A DNA stretch of 64,000 nt from Prochlorococcaceae cyanobacterium (GTDB taxonomy: Bacteria; Cyanobacteriota; Cyanobacteriia; PCC-6307; Cyanobiaceae): contig JBIIDV010000004.1 in the NCBI GenBank assembly GCA_044238185.1, positions 415 through 64,414 of the forward strand, read 5' to 3'. The notes below the pieces were generated by a model. That model was not told the origin of the DNA. It worked only from the letters and a program-made list of their open reading frames with translations, and ran no database searches. Both the position numbers and the translations under genes were made by a program. Below are positions 27,982 through 36,524 of this stretch, one piece after another. Positions within the stretch are counted from its first letter, which is position 1. Each line of letters begins with the position of its first letter.

Positions 27982-30780
27982 GTGATGCGCGAGACTGGTC
28001 TTGCTGATGGTGGATCCTTGACTAGTACCTCTTCGAGCGGTCATGCAGTGGGCTTGCCCGCATCAGCGTTCTTCCCCTTCCCCCTCGACGACTTCCAGCT
28101 CCAGGCGATCGACGCCCTCAACCAGGGCCACTCGGTGGTGGTGAGTGCGCCCACCGGCAGCGGCAAGACCCTGGTGGGGGAGTACGCCATCCACCGGGCC
28201 CTGGCCCACGGCCGCAAGGTGTTCTACACAACGCCGCTCAAGGCGCTCAGCAACCAGAAGCTGCGCGATTTCCGCCAGCAATTCGGTACCGAGCGGGTGG
28301 GTCTGCTCACCGGCGACCTCAGCCTCAACCGGGAGGCCCAGGTGGTGGTGATGACCACGGAGATCTTTCGCAACATGCTCTACGCGGAGATCGACCATCC
28401 CGATAACGATCCCCTGGAGGGCGTGGAGGCGGTGGTGCTCGACGAGTGTCACTACATGAACGACTCCCAGCGCGGCACCGTGTGGGAGGAATCGATCATC
28501 CATTGCCCGCCCTCGATCCAGCTGGTGGCGCTCTCGGCCACGGTGGCCAACGCCGGCCAGCTCACCGATTGGATTGATGCGGTGCATGGCCCCACCCAGC
28601 TGGTGCACAGCGATCACCGGCCCGTACCCCTGGCTTTCAGCTTCTGCAGTGCCAAGGGCCTGCACCCGCTGCTCAACGAGGCCGGTACCGACCTGCATCC
28701 CAACTGCAAGGTGTGGCGTGCCCCCAAGGGCAACCGGCGCAAGGGGCCGAAAACGCCCAAGCCGCCCCAGCCGGAGGCCCCGCCGCTGGGGTTCGTGGTG
28801 GCCCAGATGGCGGAGCGCGACATGCTGCCGGCCATCTATTTCATCTTCAGCCGCCGCGGTTGCGACAAGGGGGTGCGCGACCTGGGCAAGCTCTGCCTGG
28901 TCACCCCCGATGAGCAGGCCCGGATTCAGGCCCGACTTGATGCTTTTGTGGCGGCCAGTCCGGAAGCGGTGCGCGAGGGCCACGACGAGCCGCTGCTGCG
29001 GGGCATCGCCTCCCACCACGCAGGGGTGCTGCCGGCCTGGAAGGAGCTGATTGAGGAGCTCTTCCAGCAGGGGTTGATCAAGGTGGTGTTTGCCACCGAA
29101 ACCCTGGCTGCCGGCATCAACATGCCGGCCCGCACCACCGTGATCTCGGCCCTCTCCAAGCGCACCGAGCGGGGCCACCGGCCGCTGATGGGCAGTGAAT
29201 TCCTGCAGATGGCCGGCCGGGCCGGGCGGCGCGGACTTGACTCCCAGGGCTACGTGGTAACTGTGCAGAGCCGCTTCGAGGGGGTGCGCGAGGCTGGCCA
29301 GCTGGCCACCGCCCCTGCCGATCCGCTGGTGAGCCAGTTCACGCCCAGCTACGGCATGGTGCTCAACCTGCTGCAGCGCTACCACCTGGCCAAGGCCCGG
29401 GAACTGGTGGAGCGCAGCTTCGGGCGCTACCTGGCCACCCTCGACCTCAAGGACGACCAGGCGCGCATCGCCGAGTTGCAGCAGCAGCTCGTCTCCCTCG
29501 AGACAGGGGCTGGGGGTGGTGAGGTGCCCTGGGATGACTTCGAGGACTACGAAAAACGGCGTGGCCGTCTGCGCGAGGAGCGCCGCCTGCTGCGCACCCT
29601 GCAGCACCAGGCCGAGGAAACCGTGGCCCACGCGCTCACCCTGGCCCTGCAATTCGCCAGCGAGGGCAGTCTGCTCAGCCTCAAGGCACCGCCGCTCAAG
29701 GGGCGGATCGCACCGGCCGTGCTGGTGGAGAAGGTGAAGGGCCCGGGGCAGTTCCCCCTGCTCAAGTGCCTCACCGACGACAACCTCTGGATCCTGGTGC
29801 CCTGCAGCGCCGTGGTGAGCCTGCATGCCGAGCTCAGTTGCCTGCAGGTGAGCCAGATCGAGGTGCCCGAGCTGCAGCGCGCCGGCGAGCACCACCACGG
29901 CAGCCAGGCCAGCGGCGGCATGGCCCTGGCGGTGGCCTCCATGGCCCGCCGCCACGACATGGCCACCCCCCAGTACGACCTGGCCGGCGAGGTGCAGGAG
30001 CAGGCGTTGCTGGTGCGGCAGCTGGAGGAGGAGCTGGAGCTGCATCCAGCTCACCGCTGGGGCGACCGCCGCCAGCTCAAGAAACACCGCCGCCGGATGG
30101 AGGAGCTCGAGCAGGAGATCGAGGAGCGCCAGCGTCTGCTGCATTTCCGCTCAAACCGCCACTGGGACACCTTCCTGGCCCTGATCGAGGTGCTGCGCCA
30201 CTTCGGTGCCCTGGCCGGTGCCGAAGGCCTGGAGCCCACCGAGGTGGGCCGCACCGTGGCGGCCCTTCGCGGCGACAACGAGCTCTGGCTGGGGCTGGCG
30301 CTGATGAGCGGCCATCTCGACGAGCTGGATCCCGCCGAGCTGGCGGCGGTGCTGGAGGCCATTTCCACCGAGGTGAACCGTCCCGATCTGTGGTGTGCCT
30401 GGTCGCCGCCGCCAGCTGTGGAGGAGGCCCTCCACGACTTGCGCTCGATCCGCCGCCAGCTCGAGCGCCAGCAGGAGCGGGCCAAGGTGGCCTTCCCGCT
30501 CTGGTGGGAGCCTGAACTCACCGGCCTGGTGCACGCCTGGGCCTGCGGTGCCAGCTGGAGTGACGTGATTGCCAACACCTCCCTGGATGAGGGCGATGTG
30601 GTGCGGGTGCTGCGCCGTACCGTGGATCTGTTGGCTCAAATCCCCTTCTGCGAGGCCGTGAGCCAGCAGCTGCGTGACAACGCCCGCCGGGCCCTGAAGG
30701 CGATCAACCGCTTTCCGGTGTGCGAGCTGGAGGACCTCCTGGCGGCCAGCCCCGCTCCCGCGGCAGATCCGGCCCCATGA
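27982..30780 (+). CDS. Ski2/HelY-like DEAD/DEAH-box superfamily-2 RNA helicase
   Basis: FPLDDFQLQAIDALNQGHSVVVSAPTGSGKT (motif I), VVLDECHYMND (DExH), ALSATV, ASHHAGVLP, FATETLAAGINMPAR and QMAGRAGRRG are present. The C-terminal DSHCT-like region is WSDVIANTSLDEGDVVRVLRRTVDLL. Confidence 0.9.
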   Translation: MMRETGLADGGSLTSTSSSGHAVGLPASAFFPFPLDDFQLQAIDALNQGHSVVVSAPTGSGKTLVGEYAIHRALAHGRKVFYTTPLKALSNQKLRDFRQQFGTERVGLLTGDLSLNREAQVVVMTTEIFRNMLYAEIDHPDNDPLEGVEAVVLDECHYMNDSQRGTVWEESIIHCPPSIQLVALSATVANAGQLTDWIDAVHGPTQLVHSDHRPVPLAFSFCSAKGLHPLLNEAGTDLHPNCKVWRAPKGNRRKGPKTPKPPQPEAPPLGFVVAQMAERDMLPAIYFIFSRRGCDKGVRDLGKLCLVTPDEQARIQARLDAFVAASPEAVREGHDEPLLRGIASHHAGVLPAWKELIEELFQQGLIKVVFATETLAAGINMPARTTVISALSKRTERGHRPLMGSEFLQMAGRAGRRGLDSQGYVVTVQSRFEGVREAGQLATAPADPLVSQFTPSYGMVLNLLQRYHLAKARELVERSFGRYLATLDLKDDQARIAELQQQLVSLETGAGGGEVPWDDFEDYEKRRGRLREERRLLRTLQHQAEETVAHALTLALQFASEGSLLSLKAPPLKGRIAPAVLVEKVKGPGQFPLLKCLTDDNLWILVPCSAVVSLHAELSCLQVSQIEVPELQRAGEHHHGSQASGGMALAVASMARRHDMATPQYDLAGEVQEQALLVRQLEEELELHPAHRWGDRRQLKKHRRRMEELEQEIEERQRLLHFRSNRHWDTFLALIEVLRHFGALAGAEGLEPTEVGRTVAALRGDNELWLGLALMSGHLDELDPAELAAVLEAISTEVNRPDLWCAWSPPPAVEEALHDLRSIRRQLERQQERAKVAFPLWWEPELTGLVHAWACGASWSDVIANTSLDEGDVVRVLRRTVDLLAQIPFCEAVSQQLRDNARRALKAINRFPVCELEDLLAASPAPAADPAP

Positions 30781-31304
30781 AGCTCGAACAGCGCAGCATC
30801 TGCCAGGTGCAGTTCAGCCCCGAGCCCACCGCGGCCGTCTTGGAGGCGTTTTTGGCCAAGCCGCTGCGGCCTCTGCGGGGATTGCTGGATCCGAAGCGCT
30901 TGCAGCGGGCCAGCGACGACACCTACACCTACATCTCCAGGCCCTATGGCGTGGCCAGCTGGACCCTGCAGCCCCATGTGTTGCTGCGGGCTCGTTTCGC
31001 TGAGGGGGAGTTGCTGATCGAACAGCTCGAATCAAGGGTGGACGGTCTGGGGGCATGGCAGGAGCGGCTCAGCTTCGGCCTGGAGGCTCGGCTGCGCGCC
31101 AGCCCTGCCGCAGCGGATTCACCCCTCCAACCGGCTGCTCTGGAAGCTGAGGCCCTGGTGTGGGCCGAGTTGCCGGCGGCTGCAGTGGCCGTGGCAGGGC
31201 CCGTGCTTCACATTGGCTTGCGGCAACTGCTCGATCGGCTGGAGCGCCGTTGTCAGCGCGGGCTGCGCCGCCGCGCTGAGGCCTGGCTGGCCCTTCAGGT
31301 CTAG
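30777..31304 (+). CDS. DUF1997-like conserved protein
   Basis: The ATG at 30777 overlaps the helicase stop (ATGA). The protein reads MKLEQRSICQVQFSPEP...LLDPKRLQRASDDTYTYISRPYGVASWTLQPHVLLRARF... It resembles cyanobacterial/plant DUF1997. The assignment is from memory. Confidence 0.5.
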   Translation: MKLEQRSICQVQFSPEPTAAVLEAFLAKPLRPLRGLLDPKRLQRASDDTYTYISRPYGVASWTLQPHVLLRARFAEGELLIEQLESRVDGLGAWQERLSFGLEARLRASPAAADSPLQPAALEAEALVWAELPAAAVAVAGPVLHIGLRQLLDRLERRCQRGLRRRAEAWLALQV

Positions 31305-31316
31305 GCTGCGGCCTCA

Positions 31317-32357
31317 GTGAATCTTGGGCATTGGGTGGCCGCACGCTCCTTGGTTCTGCATGTGGGCATCCACAAGACGGCCTCCACCTATATCCAGCAC
31401 CGTCTTAAGGGGAATCAGCCTTTCCTCCGCCAACAGCGCCTGCTCTATCCCCGCCGCCGCTGCGACCACCTCGAGCTGGTGAAAGCCCTGCGCAATGGTG
31501 ATCTGCTGCCCTGGGAGCGGCTGTTGAGGAAGGCCGAACGTGAGCAATGCCGTGCACTCGTGTCGGCTGAAATCCTCTCCTTGGTGCTTCCTCAGCGCAG
31601 CCGCATTGGATCCGGCACGGTGTTGAGCAACCTGCTTGAGCTGCTCAACCGCATGGGTGTGGCACTGGAACTGGTTGCCTTCGTACGTGATCAGCCCAAC
31701 TACCTCAATTCGCGTTACACCCAGCTGCTGAAGCGTTTCTATCTCTCGATCCCTTTCCCCCGCTACGTGCAGCAGACCCTGCGTGCAGGAGGCGAGAGCA
31801 GTTGTGACTACCTGGAGTTGTTCGGTGAGGCTCTCGACCGGCCCGAAGTGAACTGCCACTTCCTGCCGTTTCGTTCCGGTGAAGCCGACCCCTGTGAGCG
31901 GTTGTTGCAGGCGGTGGGCCTGTCTGATCTCGCGGATCTGCAACCACTTGAGCAGCAGCCCAATATGCAGCCAGGTTGGCAGGCCATCTGGATTGCCCAG
32001 CGCATCGCGGGTCAGTTGGCTGAGCACCATCCTCAGGCTTGGAGCAGCAGCTCCTGCAAGACGAGAATCCGCGAGCAATTGGAGAGGCTGGCTGTGGAGC
32101 AGGGGTGGCCGGCTGAACCCTTTCAAGGTCTGAATGAGGAGTTGCTGATCAAAATTGAGCAGCGCTATGGCGACAGCAACGACCGCTTTGCCCAGCGTGT
32201 GTGGGGCTGCAGCTGGCGTGAGCTGTTTCCCCGTCCCACGCCCCCCGCCATGCCGATGCGGCCGCGCAGTCGCGAGGAGCGCAACGCGTTGTTGGCCCTG
32301 GTCGATCAACTGATCGCCGCGGGGATGAGGGACACCTCGCCGGTTGATCAGGTCTGA
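31317..32357 (+). CDS. sulfotransferase-fold P-loop protein, paralog 1 of 4
   Basis: LVLHVGIHKTASTYIQHRL is a 5'-PSB-like P-loop. VAFVRDQPNYLNSRY is 3'-PB-like (RDxxxxxxS). The same architecture recurs at 34505, 44501(-) and 45427(-). It has a GTG start. Confidence 0.5.
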   Translation: MNLGHWVAARSLVLHVGIHKTASTYIQHRLKGNQPFLRQQRLLYPRRRCDHLELVKALRNGDLLPWERLLRKAEREQCRALVSAEILSLVLPQRSRIGSGTVLSNLLELLNRMGVALELVAFVRDQPNYLNSRYTQLLKRFYLSIPFPRYVQQTLRAGGESSCDYLELFGEALDRPEVNCHFLPFRSGEADPCERLLQAVGLSDLADLQPLEQQPNMQPGWQAIWIAQRIAGQLAEHHPQAWSSSSCKTRIREQLERLAVEQGWPAEPFQGLNEELLIKIEQRYGDSNDRFAQRVWGCSWRELFPRPTPPAMPMRPRSREERNALLALVDQLIAAGMRDTSPVDQV

Positions 32358-33562
32358 GTGAGCAGCGCAAAGGGAATCCGCTGGAAGGCGATGCCGTCGT
32401 GGCGGCGATCCCCCCTGCCATCCAGTTGCTGCCGGTTGCGTTGGCGCTCCTCGCCACGAACCTTGTGATAACTGGCACCAGATTCCACCAACAGCGCCAC
32501 ATCGCCATTGCTAAAGCGGGCTAGATCGCTGTAGCCGCTGAAACTGCCTGCCCCCTGGCCGTAGCTGAAGCCCCGGCTCCAGCTGCGGCCATTGTCGCGG
32601 CTCAAGCGCAGCCGGCCGTTGGTGCGGTGCTGCGGATCCGCTGGGTTGGCAAACAGCACCATGGCTTGACGATCGCCAGTGAAGGCATAGGTGAGCAGGC
32701 TGGCCTGACAGCCGTTGGCCGGCTCAATCAGCTGGGGGTCCGGTCCGCTGCTTGCCATCGTTTCGCCGCCGTCACGGCTGATGCTCACAACCCGCTGGCC
32801 GCCGCTGCGGCTGTTCAGCATCAAGCTGCCATCGCCAAGTTCCGTTACCGCGCACTCGCTGGTGGGACGGAAGCCGGCGATGGCGCCCACCCGCCAGCTG
32901 TCGCCTCCGTCGTCGGAGAGCAACAGGTGGGACGCACTGCCTCTGCCTGGAAGGCTGTGGCGCGCCGGCACCACAATCCGGCCTGCGGCGGGAGCCAGTT
33001 GTTTCACAATGCCGTGCCCTGGTCCGATGCCTGTCCAGGGTTTCCATCCGGGAAGCCGAACCTGATCGGTGATGTCGCGGGAGGGAGCCCAGCTCAGCCC
33101 GTCATTGTCGGAATGGGTGATCCGCAGAAAGCGCTTGCCCCGCTGGCTTTCCCGCTCCACGGAGGCATTCCACATCCACAGCAGCAGGATCCGCCCGCTT
33201 GGCAGTACAACTGGTAAGGGAATCTTGCAGGGGTTGGGCCCGTCGTTGGCGATCACCTGCAGCGGCCCCCAACTGCGGCCGCCATCGCTGGAGCGGCGCA
33301 GCAGCACGTCGATGTTGCCCTCGTCGCGGCAATTGTCCACCCGGCCACCGCAGAAGGCCAGCACCGTGCCCTGCCTGCTCACCGCCAGTCCAGGGGTGCG
33401 GTAGCAGCTGTAGCCCTCTTCCCCAGATGCAAAAGGCAGGCTGATCAGGCGCCCGTCCGTGTTGGCGGGACGGCTCTGGGCCATCTCCTCCCTGGCCAGC
33501 AGACTGACCAAGGCTGTGCAGGTGAGGCCGGTGAGCACCGGACGGCGGTGGAGCTCACGCAT
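32348..33562 (-). CDS. BNR/Asp-box repeat exo-alpha-sialidase-like (GH33-like) protein with Tat-like signal
   Basis: I trimmed this to MRELHRRPVLTGLTCTALVSLLA (RR signal). It has the YRTP motif (equivalent to F/YRIP). Five Asp-box-like repeats are present: SSDGGRSWG, SDNDGLSWA, SDDGGDSWR, SRDGGETM and SRDNGRSWS. Confidence 0.7.
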   Translation of the reverse strand: MRELHRRPVLTGLTCTALVSLLAREEMAQSRPANTDGRLISLPFASGEEGYSCYRTPGLAVSRQGTVLAFCGGRVDNCRDEGNIDVLLRRSSDGGRSWGPLQVIANDGPNPCKIPLPVVLPSGRILLLWMWNASVERESQRGKRFLRITHSDNDGLSWAPSRDITDQVRLPGWKPWTGIGPGHGIVKQLAPAAGRIVVPARHSLPGRGSASHLLLSDDGGDSWRVGAIAGFRPTSECAVTELGDGSLMLNSRSGGQRVVSISRDGGETMASSGPDPQLIEPANGCQASLLTYAFTGDRQAMVLFANPADPQHRTNGRLRLSRDNGRSWSRGFSYGQGAGSFSGYSDLARFSNGDVALLVESGASYHKVRGEERQRNRQQLDGRGDRRHDGIAFQRIPFALLTQT

Positions 33563-33632
33563 GGCTGGACCCCTGGGGATGCCACGGTAAGTTGGCCGTT
33601 GAGGTTTCGGGTTGTCAGGATTGGCCATGGTT

Positions 33633-33662
33633 CTGCGCTCAGCCCATCTGCGCTCAGCCCAT
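33633..33662. repeat. perfect tandem 15-bp direct repeat (CTGCGCTCAGCCCAT x2) in a divergent intergenic region
   Basis: I read this directly: 33633..33647 equals 33648..33662. It lies between the trimmed sialidase start (33562, -) and the KpsT-like start (33681, +). Confidence 0.8.
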
Positions 33663-33680
33663 GGGCTTTCAACCAATCCA

Positions 33681-34499
33681 ATGTCCCCCAGCCCATCGCC
33701 TCAGCCTGTGCTGGAACTGAAGGCGGCATCCAAGGATGTGGTGGAGGGGGTGAATCATCGTTACCCCGCATTTCGCAATCTTTCGCTCTCCGTGTTTCCG
33801 GGTGAGCGTCTGGCTGTTTTTGCCGTTAATGGGTCAGAGGCAAAAGCCCTGATTTCCTGTCTTAGTGGAGTCGAACCGCTTGATGGAGGAACGTTGGAGC
33901 AGATGGCTTCTGTCTCCTGGCCCGTAGGTGCGAACGAAGCATTCTCTAACAAGTTAAGCGGATATATTAATGCACGATTTGCGGCTGAAATCTACAGTTC
34001 TCCGGCTCAGATTGAGGATGATCTTGTTCTCATCAGGGAGCTTGCTGGGGTGACCGATGAGCTCTTCCATCGTCCCCTCTCTTCATGGCCTGGTCACTCT
34101 AAAGATGCCCTCAAACTAGCTGTTTCTCTGGCCTTTCAGTTTGATGTCATTATGGTCGGACGTATCAGTAATTGGGATCATCGTGGAGTGCACCCACGAG
34201 CCGTTCGCATGCGTCGGCTTTTTGAGGAGCGAATTTCGGGCCGTACATTGGTGATGTGCGGCAATGGCCAAAGCCAATTGGCACTCGACTATTGTCACGA
34301 GGGGCTTGTATTGGTGGGAGGCTCTTTGATCTACCGAGGAGATCCGGAAGTTTGCCTTGAATTGGTTAAAGAAGAATCAAAGATACAGAAGCAAAAGCGG
34401 CGTACCAGGGTCAACGCCCGAATCGCCAGTCTGTTGGAAGCCGCCCAGCAGGATGTTGATGATCAGGACGCCTCATTTGTTACAGATGAAGTTATCTGA
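33681..34499 (+). CDS. KpsT-like ABC nucleotide-binding-domain protein with degenerate ATPase motifs
   Basis: The sequence is collinear with capsule-export KpsT: ...PGERLAVFAVNGSEAKALISCLSGVEPLDGGTL...VSWPVGANEAFSNKLSG...AFQFDVIMVGRISNWD...TLVMCGNG. However, Walker A (GxxGxGKST) reads NGSEAKA. The signature reads WPGHS. Walker B-Glu (hhhhDE) reads VIMVGR. The H-loop reads CGNG. The start could be 33612 or 33681. Confidence 0.7.
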   Translation: MSPSPSPQPVLELKAASKDVVEGVNHRYPAFRNLSLSVFPGERLAVFAVNGSEAKALISCLSGVEPLDGGTLEQMASVSWPVGANEAFSNKLSGYINARFAAEIYSSPAQIEDDLVLIRELAGVTDELFHRPLSSWPGHSKDALKLAVSLAFQFDVIMVGRISNWDHRGVHPRAVRMRRLFEERISGRTLVMCGNGQSQLALDYCHEGLVLVGGSLIYRGDPEVCLELVKEESKIQKQKRRTRVNARIASLLEAAQQDVDDQDASFVTDEVI

Positions 34500-34504
34500 T
34501 CGGC

Positions 34505-35572
34505 ATGGTAATTGGGAAGTCTAACCGACGCCTGCTTGTAATTCATGCGGGCACACATAAGACAGCCAGTTCTTACATCCAGAGTTGCATGGCTGCCAAT
34601 CGGTCCCTGCTTCGTAGTTCTGGTGTCTTGGTTGAATATCCGGGTTTGCCAGCACAGAAACACAAGCCGTTGGCCGACGCACTTGCAAAGCGCCAATGGG
34701 AATACTGGCAAAAATTCCTAAGGAATCTTCCTAGAGAAGAACCGCTTGTTCTGATTAGTGCTGAGCAATTTACCCAAACTCTAGCAAGACGAAGGATTCA
34801 TCGGCAGCTGATTGCTTTGCTGGAGAGAGAGGGTTTTCAGTTGGCCGTGGCAGTATTTCTTCGAGATCAAGCTGACTATATCAATTCCCGTTTTGTCCAC
34901 TCGGTGAGACGCTTTTATCACTCTCAGGACTTTGAGGACTATGTGCAAGAACAGCTAGCCAAAAGAAAGCATATTTACAATTATAATCATTTATTTTATG
35001 ATCTGACAACTAATTCATCTATCCGAACATTTTTCCTGCCCTATGGGCGTGAGCTCGGCGATCCGTTTGAACGTCTTCTATCCGCCCTTGGTGTTCGGCC
35101 TCCCATCCAGGGATGGCAGGCAGCTGATCCCAGCAAGGCCAATGTCCAGCCTGGTTCTAGGGCCGTTTGGCTAGCGCAGCAAATCACCAAACGATTGCAT
35201 CACCTTGGCATCGACAGTCGTTCATTGGTGAATACTGGTGACGTGGTACGCCGTATTGCCATGGGTGAAGGTTGGCAGGATGATCGCTATTGTGGATTTA
35301 GTCAGGACTCGGCATCAGTAGTAGCAGCACACTACTCGCGCAGCAATCATCGTTTTGCCCGCAGAGTTTGGGGTTGTGAGTGGCGACAAGTGGTGGCTGA
35401 GGTAGGGATGCGCCGCTCTGTGTATTTTCCTCCAGGCCCTGGCCCTGAGCGAGAGCATTTGGATAATCTTGTGAATTTTGGTCTGCGTGACCTTGCCCAA
35501 GAGAATCTACGGCTGCGCTTGACCTTGTGGAGACGCAGTGCGCTTAGCATGATCCCTGTCAACAGAGAATAA
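34505..35572 (+). CDS. sulfotransferase-fold P-loop protein, paralog 2 of 4
   Basis: LLVIHAGTHKTASSYIQSCM, LISAEQF and AVFLRDQADYINSRF are present. It is inserted between the KpsT-like and KpsM genes. Confidence 0.5.
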   Translation: MVIGKSNRRLLVIHAGTHKTASSYIQSCMAANRSLLRSSGVLVEYPGLPAQKHKPLADALAKRQWEYWQKFLRNLPREEPLVLISAEQFTQTLARRRIHRQLIALLEREGFQLAVAVFLRDQADYINSRFVHSVRRFYHSQDFEDYVQEQLAKRKHIYNYNHLFYDLTTNSSIRTFFLPYGRELGDPFERLLSALGVRPPIQGWQAADPSKANVQPGSRAVWLAQQITKRLHHLGIDSRSLVNTGDVVRRIAMGEGWQDDRYCGFSQDSASVVAAHYSRSNHRFARRVWGCEWRQVVAEVGMRRSVYFPPGPGPEREHLDNLVNFGLRDLAQENLRLRLTLWRRSALSMIPVNRE

Positions 35573-35575
35573 CGT

Positions 35576-36418
35576 ATGCCCCGGAGAACTCCTCAGTCTA
35601 TTTTGGCGCAGCTCTTGCTGCAATTACGGGTTGTTTCCGCCTTAGCTAGGCGAGAGATGCATCTGCGCGCTGCCAAAGGAACTTTTGGTCTGATCGGAGT
35701 GTTCGTTGAGCCGCTTGCCCTGATTGGGACATTTCTGGCGCTGCGGATTCTCCTGCGCGGTGCTGGTGATGGTACTTATATGAACTTGGTACTTTGGTTG
35801 GCGATGGGTTTTGTGCCATTCTTTATGTTCGCTGATATTGCTATTAAGGCTATTGGCGGCGTTGAGAAGAGCAGTGAGTTGTATTTCTATAGGCGACTGA
35901 GGCCGCTGGATTCATTGATGGGCAATGCGTTATTGCTTGCCCAGATCTTTGGACTGCTGTTGTTGCTTTTTGTTTTGGTCACGGCTTTGTGGGAGTGGCG
36001 TTTCCCAATCGCCGACATTGGCCGTGCAATATTTATCTTCATTGGCATTGCAGTGCTGGGTTTTGGAATAGGTTTGGCAACCCTTGTGATTGGTCATCGC
36101 CTGCCAATTCTTGCCTGGATGATGAAAATGTTTTTGCGTCGCATTCTTCTTTGGACCTCATGCATATTCTTCCCGATAAGTATTATACCCGACGTTTTTA
36201 GGCCTTGGATTCTCTGGAATCCCATCGCTCACGGTGTTGAGCTTCTCCGCTTGGCTGCCAATCCTTACTATCCAGTTCCCGGAGTGAGTGCTGTGTACTT
36301 CTGGGTATGGGTGATCGGGTCGGTTGGCTTCGGCATGTTTGTGTATGGAAATAACGAGGAGTTGCTTTTTGCGGTTGATAAGATCTCTGGGGACAGCGAT
36401 AATGACGATGACGTGTGA
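35576..36418 (+). CDS. kpsM: capsule-type ABC-2 transporter permease
   Basis: 280-aa polytopic ORF collinear with E. coli KpsM as I recall it, including ...ARREMHLRAAKGTFGL...EPL... and the C-terminal LWNPIAHGVELLRLA (compare LWNPLVHVVELSREA). Confidence 0.8.
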   Translation: MPRRTPQSILAQLLLQLRVVSALARREMHLRAAKGTFGLIGVFVEPLALIGTFLALRILLRGAGDGTYMNLVLWLAMGFVPFFMFADIAIKAIGGVEKSSELYFYRRLRPLDSLMGNALLLAQIFGLLLLLFVLVTALWEWRFPIADIGRAIFIFIGIAVLGFGIGLATLVIGHRLPILAWMMKMFLRRILLWTSCIFFPISIIPDVFRPWILWNPIAHGVELLRLAANPYYPVPGVSAVYFWVWVIGSVGFGMFVYGNNEELLFAVDKISGDSDNDDDV

Positions 36419-36524
36419 TTTCTGGCTCTTCCGGAATTCGGGTTGCAAGCTGTTTTAGGGTGATATTGAAATTATTTTGCATAGATCCCGATGCTGCTGT
36501 TAGGATTTCAACAGTTCAGACGCC

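Noticed and set aside
28063-30144. 693-aa minus-strand ORF opposite the helicase gene
   Set aside because: It is antisense to a helicase that carries all SF2 motifs. It has no motifs of its own, and its composition is typical of a GC-rich artefact.
33612-33680. Longer N-terminus for the KpsT-like ORF (track start 33612), and the longer sialidase ORF start at 33676
   Set aside because: Using both would make the divergent genes overlap head-to-head. The internal ATGs (33681 and 33562) place the KpsT homology and the Tat-like signal at the N-termini. This is kept as an uncertainty rather than asserted.
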